DNA of 64,000 bases from a virus: IMG/VR virus record IMGVR_UViG_3300022700_000048, positions 5,647 to 69,646 of that record. One strand, 5' to 3'. This document shows, piece after piece, positions 1 to 9,316 of this stretch (position 1 is its first letter; every line of letters starts with the position of its first letter). Under the pieces are notes generated by a model. The model did not search any database. It was not told where the DNA came from and worked only from the letters and a program-made list of their open reading frames with translations. The position numbers and the translations under genes were made by a program.

Positions 1-2
1 CA

Positions 3-1784
3 GATAACGTATGTGCTGCTCGTATTACAACGTCAGGTCGTTTAGAGTTAAGACATGCTATTTCATGGTTTAAAAATTTTGGTATGACACCACTGCTTGC
101 AGTAACGGACGGCGTTAATTTTCATATTCCTGATAAAACTAAAATAAGAATATCTGATGATGGAATAAGTGAGGGAAATAATGAGGGTTTAATTGAGGAA
201 ATGTGGAAATATAAAGGTGAAACAGGTCTTAATGCAATAATTGAATATTTTAATGATTCTGAAATGAGAAAACCATATATGGCAGCAGATAATGATGGTG
301 AGTTTGTTTCATGTTTAAATTTATCACGTATTAATTATGCACTTTTAGAAGAGAAAAAAGATAAAAAAACCGGAAAAATTAATAAAAAAATTAAACTTAC
401 TGGTAATACAATTAAATCAAAAGTATTATCAGAATATATTGAAGAATTTATAGATAATGGATTACAATTGATTCTTGAGGGTAAAGGATATGAATTTGTT
501 GAATATTATTATGATTATGTTGAAAATCTTTTTTATCAAAAAATACCATTAAAGAAAATTGCGAGTAAAAGTAAATATAAGCAAACATTAAAGGATTATT
601 TAAATAGAGGTGTTGATAAAAATGGTAGGAAAAAGGGTAAACAAGCACATATGGAATTAGTATTGGAAGAAAGAGAAAATATTGCTGAAGAATTATTTGA
701 AAAACATAAAGAAAATCTTCAATTTATTAAAGATGAAAATGATTTAACAATTGAAGATAAAATGAAATTAGTTGATGTATATATGCCACCTGAACCAGAA
801 TTGGATAGTACTATTTATTATGTTAATACTGGTTATAGAAAATCACATGGTGATTCACAAAAGATAAAAGATAAAAAAACAGATAAAAAAAGATTTGCAG
901 CTAAAATTATTAGTAATAAAGATTTGATTGAAAATCCGGATATGACTGGTGAATATAATGTTGATAAATATATTAATGCATTTAATAAACGTGTTAAAAC
1001 AATATTAGTTGGTTTTGATCGTGAAATTGCTGAAAAAATACCTGCTCGTATTGTTAGAAAGAAAGTTAAAGATGAAGAGACTGGTAAAAAGAAAGAACGA
1101 GTAAATCTTGAACGTAATTTTTTTACAAAAGATCAATTAGTATTAAAAAATTTTGATAATGATGATTTTGATGAATCAATGCATTTACAAGAAAAGGAAG
1201 TAAATTTTTGGAATGAAACTGGTTTTGATCCACGTTTAGTTTGGAATGGGTTTAAAATGTATGACGATATGAAAATATATTTTGAAATATATGAAAATGC
1301 ACTTAAATATTTAAACAATAAAATGAAAAAAGCAGGTAAACCACCAATTAAATCTAGGAATGAAAAAATAAATAATGGTGAATATGTTTTATTAAAAAAT
1401 GGTTCGGAATATAGTGTTGGTTATAATAATGGTAAATTTATTGAAATTATTCGTGAAAATGTAAATATACCAAAAAGTAATATTGAAAAAGAATTAGATA
1501 AAAAAACAAAAAAAGAAGAAGAAAAAAGAAAACAGGAAATTGATAATTTACAAGGTGGTATAGCTAATAAAACAAAAGCTGAAATTGATTTTGAAAATCA
1601 AATAAAATTAAGAGAAAAATATTTTCCAATTTTTAAAAAGAAATTTAATTTACCTGATGATATGACTTATGATTTTTATCAACAAGATACTGATGGGATT
1701 GGTGATGAAATGCTTGATAAATTTATAAAAACTGAAGAACAAAAAAATGAAAATGAAAAAACTAAATATTTAGGTATTGATTAA
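3..1784 (+). CDS. polB: Family B DNA polymerase, C-terminal part (5' end lies outside the window)
   Basis: Frame is open from position 3: DNVCAARITTSGRLELRHAISWF (region III A..IT..GR), then PLLAVTDGVNF (variant of YGDTDS), and K.KLTG..IKS / YYVNTG / YNVDKYI..F motifs. Confidence 0.85.
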   Translation, partial: DNVCAARITTSGRLELRHAISWFKNFGMTPLLAVTDGVNFHIPDKTKIRISDDGISEGNNEGLIEEMWKYKGETGLNAIIEYFNDSEMRKPYMAADNDGEFVSCLNLSRINYALLEEKKDKKTGKINKKIKLTGNTIKSKVLSEYIEEFIDNGLQLILEGKGYEFVEYYYDYVENLFYQKIPLKKIASKSKYKQTLKDYLNRGVDKNGRKKGKQAHMELVLEERENIAEELFEKHKENLQFIKDENDLTIEDKMKLVDVYMPPEPELDSTIYYVNTGYRKSHGDSQKIKDKKTDKKRFAAKIISNKDLIENPDMTGEYNVDKYINAFNKRVKTILVGFDREIAEKIPARIVRKKVKDEETGKKKERVNLERNFFTKDQLVLKNFDNDDFDESMHLQEKEVNFWNETGFDPRLVWNGFKMYDDMKIYFEIYENALKYLNNKMKKAGKPPIKSRNEKINNGEYVLLKNGSEYSVGYNNGKFIEIIRENVNIPKSNIEKELDKKTKKEEEKRKQEIDNLQGGIANKTKAEIDFENQIKLREKYFPIFKKKFNLPDDMTYDFYQQDTDGIGDEMLDKFIKTEEQKNENEKTKYLGID

Positions 1785-1807
1785 TATGATTAGATTAAAT
1801 AATTGGT

Positions 1808-1817
1808 AGTATTTATA
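1808..1817 (+). promoter_or_regulatory. Putative late promoter AGTATTTATA
   Basis: Recurring WGTATTTATW motif, 16 nt before ATG 1834. Confidence 0.7.
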
Positions 1818-1833
1818 TTAAAATATATTATAT

Positions 1834-2490
1834 ATGCGTAAAAAATTTAAGAAAAAAGATATTGATGAAATTATTAATTCTGATGGTGAATTAATAGGTG
1901 GTGATGATTCACCAAATAGTGGTTCCAATTTAGAAACACAAGCTAATAATACAACTGATTATAATGCAAAAATTGGGCATCAACCATATAGGTATGATAT
2001 GCTTGGTCGTTTTGGTTTTACTCTTTTACCTTTTTTCGAAGGTGTTGAAGGTGAAGAAAATAAACCAAATGAATTAATTAATGAATTAGCCAAATACATG
2101 TATAATAGATATATGGAAATTCTTGAATATTATTATCGAAATCCAGAAAAATTGAAATCTGATTTTAGAAAAAAATCTGAACAAGATTCTGAAGATAATA
2201 TTAATGATGTTGATTATAAAAATGCTGAAGATATACTTGAAATAATAAAAAAACATTTTGGTGATTCGTTAAAAGAACTGGATGAAAATTTAAAAGAGAA
2301 TATTGATGAAAATAGTTTTATTGAAGGGAAAATGTTAGATAAAAAGGATAAAAAAAGTGATGTTGTTAATAAAAAGAAGGATAATGATGTTCTTGATAAA
2401 GAAAAGAAAACTGAAAAAATCGCTGATTTAATTAATAAATTAGATAAAGATGATGTAAAAAAAATAAAAAATTTATTAGAAACTGAGTAA
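1834..2490 (+). CDS. Hypothetical protein, possibly virion/head associated
   Basis: 218-aa ORF after late motif; acidic/Lys-rich with LDE/IDE sites; TAATG overlap with next gene. Confidence 0.6.
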   Translation: MRKKFKKKDIDEIINSDGELIGGDDSPNSGSNLETQANNTTDYNAKIGHQPYRYDMLGRFGFTLLPFFEGVEGEENKPNELINELAKYMYNRYMEILEYYYRNPEKLKSDFRKKSEQDSEDNINDVDYKNAEDILEIIKKHFGDSLKELDENLKENIDENSFIEGKMLDKKDKKSDVVNKKKDNDVLDKEKKTEKIADLINKLDKDDVKKIKNLLETE

Positions 2491-3275
2491 TGAATTCAGA
2501 ATTATATAATAAAACATATCAGTTACCAACTGAAATTTTAAAACATATTCAGAAGGTTTTAACATCATATCCAACTGGTGAGGGTGTTAAACGTGCAAAG
2601 CATTTATTAAAAAATAAATATGTAACATATCAATCACTTAAAAGATTGAAAAATTTTTTTGATCATTATAATGGTGATAATGAACAACAATATGAATTAG
2701 CAGGTGGTGATTTAATGAAATCATTTGTTGAAAAAACATTACAAAATGATAGAGATGCTGTAAAGAGAAGTGATGATATAAAAAGAGATGTTACTAATAA
2801 TCCTAATCTTGGTACAAAAGCACAACAGACACCACAATTAAATGAAAATAATGATATAAATAATATTACAAATGATGATTTAAAAAAAAATGCTTTAGGA
2901 ATAATAATAAATGATAATAATCAAATTCTTTTATTAAAAAGAAATCCCAATATTGAACAATGGCAACCCGGTAAATGGGCACTTGTTGGTGGTGGTATTG
3001 AAGATAATGAAACATCAGAAGAAGCATGTAAACGTGAAATAAAAGAAGAAACTGGATTAATAATTGATCAATTTAAAGAAAAATTTAACATACAAAGAAA
3101 TCCAGACAGTATTGAATATATTTTTATATCAAAATATGATGGTGATCCATTAAATATTAAATTAAATTTTGAACATATTAAATATGGTTGGTTTTCACCT
3201 GAAGAAATTAGATTTTTAGATCATGTTCCTAATTTAATTGATTATGTTAATATTGCATTTAAAAAATACGATTAA
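2490..3275 (+). CDS. NUDIX hydrolase with an additional N-terminal domain
   Basis: Nudix box GGGIEDNETSEEACKREIKEETGL preceded by ILLLKR...PGKWALV. Confidence 0.9.
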   Translation: MNSELYNKTYQLPTEILKHIQKVLTSYPTGEGVKRAKHLLKNKYVTYQSLKRLKNFFDHYNGDNEQQYELAGGDLMKSFVEKTLQNDRDAVKRSDDIKRDVTNNPNLGTKAQQTPQLNENNDINNITNDDLKKNALGIIINDNNQILLLKRNPNIEQWQPGKWALVGGGIEDNETSEEACKREIKEETGLIIDQFKEKFNIQRNPDSIEYIFISKYDGDPLNIKLNFEHIKYGWFSPEEIRFLDHVPNLIDYVNIAFKKYD

Positions 3276-3309
3276 AAAAAAATAATTTTAAATAAAAACA
3301 CAAAAAATT

Positions 3310-3549
3310 ATGAGTAGATTAGAAGAAATGAGTAAACAATATAGAGAAGAACAAATTTCTCGTAATGATTATGATAAAAATGATGAATATTCTGGAACAC
3401 ATCCAAATGCTTTATCAGATGGTGATGAATTGGGTAAAGGTGAAAAAAATGATTCTGTTGGTAGTAAAACCGATATTGAACAAAGAAATTTACAAAAAGC
3501 AAGAAATAAATATAATTTTAATAAACCATATAATGATAGTACAGCATAA
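3310..3549 (+). CDS. Small hypothetical protein
   Basis: 79-aa ORF, TAATG-coupled to 3549. Confidence 0.65.
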   Translation: MSRLEEMSKQYREEQISRNDYDKNDEYSGTHPNALSDGDELGKGEKNDSVGSKTDIEQRNLQKARNKYNFNKPYNDSTA

Positions 3550-4448
3550 TGCTTAATGAGTTAAAAATATTATTTAAAAATATAAAAAATTTTAGAGGTG
3601 GATTATTAAATGAAGTTGCTGGTGAAGGTTCAATACGTGATGCTATTAATGATAATAAAATTTTATATATTTATTATAATGGTGATGAAACAATGCAAAA
3701 GGGTTATCGTACAATTAGACCATTTGTTTTAGGTTCACATAAAGAAAGTGGTAATAAAGTTTTAAGGGCATGGCAAGATGCTGGTTCAAGTGCAAGTTTT
3801 AGAAATATACCAACTAATTCTCGATGGGGGCATAGATATGAAAAAGGACATGAATTTTTTGATAATCCTAAACGTGGTGGGACACAACCGGGTTGGAGAT
3901 TATTTAGAGTTGATAAAATAGTATCTATATTACCAACAGGTGAAAAATTCACACCTGATGAATATTTTAATGTAAGTGGTGTTGAATATAACCCTAATGA
4001 TAAAGAAATTAATGTAGATATTGCGATATCTAAAGATATGGGTGCTGATACTAAAGTTAGTGGTACTGATTCAATTAGTAAACCTGATAAAGTATTAACA
4101 AAAGTTAAATCAAGTACTTTTGATAAACAGACAAAAAAATTTAAACAATTTTTTAAAGCAGCAAAAAAAACAAGAGAAATAACAAAAAATGAAGTAGAAT
4201 CATTATGGGATGCTGTAAAAAAATATAGGAAAAAATCACCCAAAAATTATCATGTAGTTGAAAATGAGAAAGGTGATATGGTACTTGTTACTAATAAAGC
4301 TATAGAAAGAGGTGATATCCCTAAAGAAGCTATTGTTGGTAATTTGCAAGATTTATATAATAAATTTGTAAAAACAAGAGGTTCAATACCAACAGATTTT
4401 TTTAATAAACAAAAAAATGATTTATTAAATCAGAGAAATAAAAAATAG
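3549..4448 (+). CDS. WYL-domain protein
   Basis: AI......IYY.G.....GYRTIRPFVLG.....VLRAWQ and GWRLFRVDKIVSI match the WYL pattern (R.V.P..L / R.FR.DRI). Confidence 0.75.
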   Translation: MLNELKILFKNIKNFRGGLLNEVAGEGSIRDAINDNKILYIYYNGDETMQKGYRTIRPFVLGSHKESGNKVLRAWQDAGSSASFRNIPTNSRWGHRYEKGHEFFDNPKRGGTQPGWRLFRVDKIVSILPTGEKFTPDEYFNVSGVEYNPNDKEINVDIAISKDMGADTKVSGTDSISKPDKVLTKVKSSTFDKQTKKFKQFFKAAKKTREITKNEVESLWDAVKKYRKKSPKNYHVVENEKGDMVLVTNKAIERGDIPKEAIVGNLQDLYNKFVKTRGSIPTDFFNKQKNDLLNQRNKK

Positions 4449-4465
4449 TTTTTTATTTAATTTAA

Positions 4466-4475
4466 AGTATTTATA
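4466..4475 (+). promoter_or_regulatory. Putative late promoter AGTATTTATA
   Basis: Motif upstream of 4506. Confidence 0.7.
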
Positions 4476-4505
4476 AAAAATAATAAAAATTTATAAACCG
4501 AAATA

Positions 4506-5159
4506 ATGGCAAATAAACAAATAGATTTATCTAAATTAAAAGATGAAATACACAGTAGAAAACAAGCTACAAATAATACTGTTGATGATGATGGTAATGA
4601 TGTTAAAGATAAATTTTTAAATAATTTAGTTGAATCATTAAATTCAGGAAGACCATCAGAAGCCACTGATAAAATAAGAAAAGTTGATGAAATTGCTGCA
4701 GAAAAATCAGGTGATAAACCAGCATCCAATAATAGTAATAATTCTGTTTCTTCTGAAGTAGCTAAATATAAGGGTCAACAAAATGCAAATCAAAACAATC
4801 CATCTGTTGTTAATAATGAAAATGATAGAGATGAAAAATTATATGAAGAACTAGAAAGAAGAAAAAAAGAAATGCTTGGTGGTGGTGCATTAAAATATAA
4901 TCAAACAAAATCAACACAAACACAAGAAGTAAATCAATCACAATCAGGTAATATCATTAATGAAGAAAAAATATATGAAACTGTTAATAATGTGATTTCT
5001 GAAAAGTTTGCAACAGTTGTTGATCAAGCAATGAAAGATTCTATTGTTGAAATATATGCAGAAGCTAGAATGAAAGAAGTTTTAGAAGAAAATAGAAATA
5101 TTATTCGTAAGATTGTTATTGATACAATAAAAGAACTTCAATCAAAAAAGAAAAAATAA
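4506..5159 (+). CDS. Hypothetical protein (N/Q-rich linkers, helical C-terminus)
   Basis: 217-aa ORF after late motif. Confidence 0.65.
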   Translation: MANKQIDLSKLKDEIHSRKQATNNTVDDDGNDVKDKFLNNLVESLNSGRPSEATDKIRKVDEIAAEKSGDKPASNNSNNSVSSEVAKYKGQQNANQNNPSVVNNENDRDEKLYEELERRKKEMLGGGALKYNQTKSTQTQEVNQSQSGNIINEEKIYETVNNVISEKFATVVDQAMKDSIVEIYAEARMKEVLEENRNIIRKIVIDTIKELQSKKKK

Positions 5160-5203
5160 TAATTAATGAATTTTTCATGTTGGGATATTTTTATTTAAAT
5201 TAA

Positions 5204-5213
5204 TGTATTTATA
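5204..5213 (+). promoter_or_regulatory. Putative late promoter TGTATTTATA
   Basis: Motif upstream of 5236. Confidence 0.65.
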
Positions 5214-5235
5214 GTAAATATTCTAACATTTTTTT

Positions 5236-6702
5236 ATGAATACCAAAAAAAATTATAAACCATTAAAGTTATATGAATTAATTGATATGAATCGTGGTGG
5301 TATTTATCATGATTTTACACACGGTATTGAAAATAGAAGGGCATGGTGGGGATTTCAACCATATTATCCACCAAATGATGAACCCGGTTTTGTAAATGAA
5401 AATTTTATTAAATTTGTTGAATCTCGTGATAATTATTTAATTCGTAGACCAATATTTCATATGACAACATTAGAAGAAGAATTTAATAATGCTGTAAAAA
5501 ATCTTTCTGAATATGTGAACAAATCTAAAAATAGTTATAAATTTTATAATAATTTAAGAAAACTTCAGGAATATCTAATAGAGTGTGGTTCAATTAATGA
5601 AGAAATAGTGTTAAAACCATTAAAAAATGAAGATGGGAGTACTAAATTTTCAACAGATAATAATGTGGGGGGTGATCAATTTCCAGCATATAATAATAAA
5701 TCAACAGAACCATCAATTGAGAATAATTTAGATGCTAATTCATTTATGTATCATGAAAACGATAATAAAAATCGTAGAATAGTGGACGAAGAATATTTGG
5801 GTAATATACATCAAAATGTTGAAGTTTTTAAAAATCCTAAATCAATAAAAAGATTAGAACCAAATATTAGAGGAATTGTTACAGAAAATGGTGATTTATA
5901 TGTTGTTAATTGTGGTAATTATGATATCATACATAATGATTTTTCAAAATGGTTAAATATAATGGGATATCCAATACCATCAAATATATATGATTATTTA
6001 GAAAATAATATCCCACTTCAAAGATATGAAAAAACTAATAAATTTTATCTAGGGGAAAGTATGACAACGCAAAGAATTAATAATCATATTGATAGTTTTA
6101 GAAAAATAATAAAAAGAGCAGGAAATAAGAATCCAACAATTAATTTTATATTAGAAAACATTAATAAAACATTTAATTTAGATGATGCTATAAAAAATTT
6201 AAATGAAAGACAAAAGGCATGGATTCCGGGTTCAAAAGCTGTAACAGTTAAACAAAAATGTCGTCTTGGGGGGGTAAATGGTAAATCAGCAGCTTGTAAT
6301 CAAGGTGATATATCTAATTTGGAATTTTCTTCACTTGATGAAGAAACAAAACTTGATCAAGGATTTGTGGATGGTTGGCATAGTTATGATATTTTACATA
6401 ATGATGATGTTGCTGGTGAAATGGAAGTTAGTAATCGTGATAAATATATGGTTTTAAATAGAATATATATTAATCCAGAGCATAGAGGAATGGGTCATGC
6501 TAAAGATGCAATGAAAATTTTAATTGATTATGCTGATAAAAATAATAAAATAATTGCATTAACACCTGATAATGTTTGGGGTGCAAGTAAACAAAAATTA
6601 AGAAAATGGTATTCATCATTAGGTTTTGTTATGAATAAAGGTCGGAATGCTGATTATAAAATACAAGCTGCAATGATAAGATATCCTAAAAATAATAATT
6701 AA
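5236..6702 (+). CDS. Multi-module protein with C-terminal GNAT acetyltransferase domain
   Basis: LNRIYINPEHRGMGHAKDAM (acetyl-CoA R.xG.A motif) and L.KWYSSLGF; modules separated by INEE/VDEE/LNE/LDEE. Confidence 0.8.
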   Translation: MNTKKNYKPLKLYELIDMNRGGIYHDFTHGIENRRAWWGFQPYYPPNDEPGFVNENFIKFVESRDNYLIRRPIFHMTTLEEEFNNAVKNLSEYVNKSKNSYKFYNNLRKLQEYLIECGSINEEIVLKPLKNEDGSTKFSTDNNVGGDQFPAYNNKSTEPSIENNLDANSFMYHENDNKNRRIVDEEYLGNIHQNVEVFKNPKSIKRLEPNIRGIVTENGDLYVVNCGNYDIIHNDFSKWLNIMGYPIPSNIYDYLENNIPLQRYEKTNKFYLGESMTTQRINNHIDSFRKIIKRAGNKNPTINFILENINKTFNLDDAIKNLNERQKAWIPGSKAVTVKQKCRLGGVNGKSAACNQGDISNLEFSSLDEETKLDQGFVDGWHSYDILHNDDVAGEMEVSNRDKYMVLNRIYINPEHRGMGHAKDAMKILIDYADKNNKIIALTPDNVWGASKQKLRKWYSSLGFVMNKGRNADYKIQAAMIRYPKNNN

Positions 6703-6763
6703 TTGTATTATTATTTTGATAATAAAAAGATAAATTGTCAAAATTTTTATTTTTTTGATAGAT

Positions 6764-6919
6764 ATGATTAATATTCCCGATTTAATGGATTTTTTAAAAA
6801 AATATGGTACTAAAATAATATTATGTGGTGGTGGTATAAGAGAATGTTTAAAAGAAGTTGAAATAGCATTAATGGCATTAGATAAAAATTATAATATATT
6901 AACTAAATATACATACTAA
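6764..6919 (+). pseudogene. 51-aa ORF resembling the C-terminal end of an isochorismatase/cysteine-hydrolase fold protein (probable remnant)
   Basis: Hand translation MINIPDLMDFLKKYGTKIILCGGGIRECLKEVEIALMALDKNYNILTKYTY; in-frame stop at 6731 upstream. Confidence 0.45.
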
Positions 6920-6920
6920 A

Positions 6921-7322
6921 ATGAGTAAAATTGCATATAGTGGTGTTGTACTTGATGAGAGATCAAAAAAAAGATTATTAAAACATTTTAAAGATTTAAT
7001 ACCAGATGATTGGGAAATTATCGCACATCATATGACAATTAATATGGGTGAAATTAATCCAAAATATGAACAATATCTTGGAATGCCATTACCTTTATGG
7101 GTTGAAGATTTTGGTATTAATGAAAAAGTGGCAGCAGTAAAAGTTTCAGGATTTCCTTCTGAAAAAGAAATACCACATATTACATTAGCTGTAAATAGAA
7201 AAGAAGGTGGTAAACCGTCTATGTCGGATAATATAGAAAACTGGTATCCAATAAAAAAAACAATAAAACTTGTTGGTAAAGTACAAGAAATTCCTTTAAA
7301 TTTAGAAGAAGAACAATTTTAA
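6921..7322 (+). CDS. 2H phosphoesterase (cyclic phosphodiesterase-like)
   Basis: Two HxT motifs: AHHMTI and PHITLA. Confidence 0.8.
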   Translation: MSKIAYSGVVLDERSKKRLLKHFKDLIPDDWEIIAHHMTINMGEINPKYEQYLGMPLPLWVEDFGINEKVAAVKVSGFPSEKEIPHITLAVNRKEGGKPSMSDNIENWYPIKKTIKLVGKVQEIPLNLEEEQF

Positions 7323-7332
7323 ATTAAAAATT

Positions 7333-7902
7333 ATGAAAAAATTGTGTGTTTATGATATGGATGGTTGTTTAATTGATACTCCTGAAAAAGAAGAGGGTAA
7401 ACAAATTTGGAAAGAAAAAACTGGTAAAGAATTTCCATATAATGGGTGGTGGAGTAAAAAAGAGAGTTTAAATACCGAAATTTTTAACATAAAACCAAAT
7501 AAATCAATTTATTCTAAATTTAAAAAAGATATTATTACCCCTAATACATATGTTATTATTTTAACTGCAAGAATAGAAAAATTAAGACCCGAAATTAAGA
7601 AAATTCTTGATTTAAATGGTATTAAACCAGATGAATTAATATTAAAACAAGGTAGTGAAACAAAAGGTGATGTTTTATTACATTATGTTCAAAAATTTCC
7701 TAATTTAAAAGTAATTAATGTTTATGACGATTTTGCCGGGGGTATGAAACATAAAATTAAAGAATTTACAGAAATAAAAAATAAATTACCAGAAAATATC
7801 CAATATAATATTTTTTATGTAAATAATGATAATATTAAATTAATGGAATCAAATAGTAACGTATTAAAATTCATTCATGAAGAATTGAAAAAAATAAAAT
7901 AA
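7333..7902 (+). CDS. HAD-superfamily phosphatase (Swiss-army-knife RNA-repair HAD type)
   Basis: YDMDGCLIDTP (DxD motif I), GWWS, ILTAR (motif II), K, VYDD (motif IV). Confidence 0.8.
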   Translation: MKKLCVYDMDGCLIDTPEKEEGKQIWKEKTGKEFPYNGWWSKKESLNTEIFNIKPNKSIYSKFKKDIITPNTYVIILTARIEKLRPEIKKILDLNGIKPDELILKQGSETKGDVLLHYVQKFPNLKVINVYDDFAGGMKHKIKEFTEIKNKLPENIQYNIFYVNNDNIKLMESNSNVLKFIHEELKKIK

Positions 7903-7903
7903 T

Positions 7904-7913
7904 AGTATTTATA
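7904..7913 (+). promoter_or_regulatory. Putative late promoter AGTATTTATA
   Basis: Motif upstream of 7930. Confidence 0.7.
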
Positions 7914-7929
7914 TAAAAAATAATTGATA

Positions 7930-8745
7930 ATGATTGATTTAAGATATAAACCAAGGCATTTACCACAAATATCAATACCTTTTGATGTTGTGATGGATGA
8001 ATTAAATCAAATGGGAATTGAAAATGAAATAATTGAAATTAATCCAGATGATTTAAATCCAATGCAAGGTATTGTGTTTTCTGATGAAGTTGGATCATTT
8101 AATCCTGATGTAATGAAACCAATTTGGATTTCAAAGGATAATGATGTAATTGATGGACATCATAGATATTTAGCTGGAATAATGTCAAAAACACCAATAA
8201 TTGGTGTTAGGGTTGGTCTTAATGGTAAAGATGCTGCTAGAGAATTAAATAGAATTCAGGATATTTATGAGTATGAGCAACAAAGACAAATGGAAGAAGT
8301 TGTTACACATGATACAATTAATAAACATAATGATGATGAAAATGATGTTAGTACTAATGAATTTTTAGCATCATTAGAAGAAATGGAAATTCCCGAAGGT
8401 GAAGGAAACACATGTAAAATATTTGGTTATAGACAAAAACCAATTATGGAAAATTCAGTTATTGGTAATTTTTTTATGTTAAAACCAATGGATGGATACG
8501 ATAAATATGAAATAGATTTTGAAAATTTATTAGATACTAATAATTTGGGCATTCAAAATGATATTTGTGATCCAATAGATTCTTTAGCAAATATGTGGTT
8601 TCCAAATGTTGATTTTGAAAATATGAGTGAACCATACAAGTATTCACCACAAGAATTAAAAAATAAAGCAATTGTTGATAGAGCAAAAAAAATGGGATAT
8701 GATGGAATTAAGTATGGTGATACTATATTACAAGGATTAAAATAA
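7930..8745 (+). CDS. ParB/Srx-like N-terminal domain plus C-terminal domain ending in GYDGIKY (ART-like)
   Basis: LNPMQ...KPIWISKDNDVIDGHHRY is a ParB/Srx signature; ATG 7930 preferred over TTG 7924. Confidence 0.7.
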   Translation: MIDLRYKPRHLPQISIPFDVVMDELNQMGIENEIIEINPDDLNPMQGIVFSDEVGSFNPDVMKPIWISKDNDVIDGHHRYLAGIMSKTPIIGVRVGLNGKDAARELNRIQDIYEYEQQRQMEEVVTHDTINKHNDDENDVSTNEFLASLEEMEIPEGEGNTCKIFGYRQKPIMENSVIGNFFMLKPMDGYDKYEIDFENLLDTNNLGIQNDICDPIDSLANMWFPNVDFENMSEPYKYSPQELKNKAIVDRAKKMGYDGIKYGDTILQGLK

Positions 8746-8767
8746 TAAATATAAAAAAATATAAGTT

Positions 8768-9190
8768 ATGAATATATATAAAATTACAAACATTAGTGAT
8801 AAATTAGGGAAAAGAGATAATAATTATAATTCAACATTAAAAATTTCATATATAAATGAAATGGTGAAAAAAAATATTGATTTAAAACCTAATAATACAA
8901 TATATTTTAAAGCAAATTCATTACCACTTTCAGTACAAAAATTTAAGATAAAAAAATTGGTTAGTGTTAATGAAATTAGTGAAAAAGAATTTAATAATAT
9001 TAAACAAAATAAAAAATCAAAACAAAAATCAACAACAACAAGTACAACAAAAAAACCAAAAAAATCAACAAAAAAATCATCGTATAAAAAATCAACATCA
9101 AGTAACAAGAAATCAACAACCAAAAAATCAACAACTACTACAACAACAAGTAAAATAGATGATTATGATGAAAACATTTTGAATAAATAA
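8768..9190 (+). CDS. Hypothetical protein with Lys/Ser/Thr-rich low-complexity tail
   Basis: KKSTTTSTTKKPKKSTKKSS...STTTTTTS. Confidence 0.65.
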   Translation: MNIYKITNISDKLGKRDNNYNSTLKISYINEMVKKNIDLKPNNTIYFKANSLPLSVQKFKIKKLVSVNEISEKEFNNIKQNKKSKQKSTTTSTTKKPKKSTKKSSYKKSTSSNKKSTTKKSTTTTTTSKIDDYDENILNK

Positions 9191-9214
9191 TAAAAATATC
9201 TATTATATTATATG

Positions 9215-9243
9215 GTCAACCAAAATTGGTTGACTTTTTTTTT
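9215..9243 (+). terminator. Rho-independent terminator
   Basis: GTCAACCA-AAAT-TGGTTGAC stem-loop followed by T run. Confidence 0.85.
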
Positions 9244-9272
9244 ATTTGATTTTTTTCTTTTTGAAAAAATAG

Positions 9273-9282
9273 AGTATTTATA
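9273..9282 (+). promoter_or_regulatory. Putative late promoter AGTATTTATA
   Basis: Motif after terminator, upstream of 9317. Confidence 0.7.
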
Positions 9283-9316
9283 ATAAATTATATTATTTTA
9301 TAAAAAACTATAAAGT

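Noticed and set aside
9001-9150. AAAAAATCAACA-type tandem-like DNA repeats
   Set aside because: Explained by the Lys/Ser/Thr low-complexity protein tail; not an independent DNA element.
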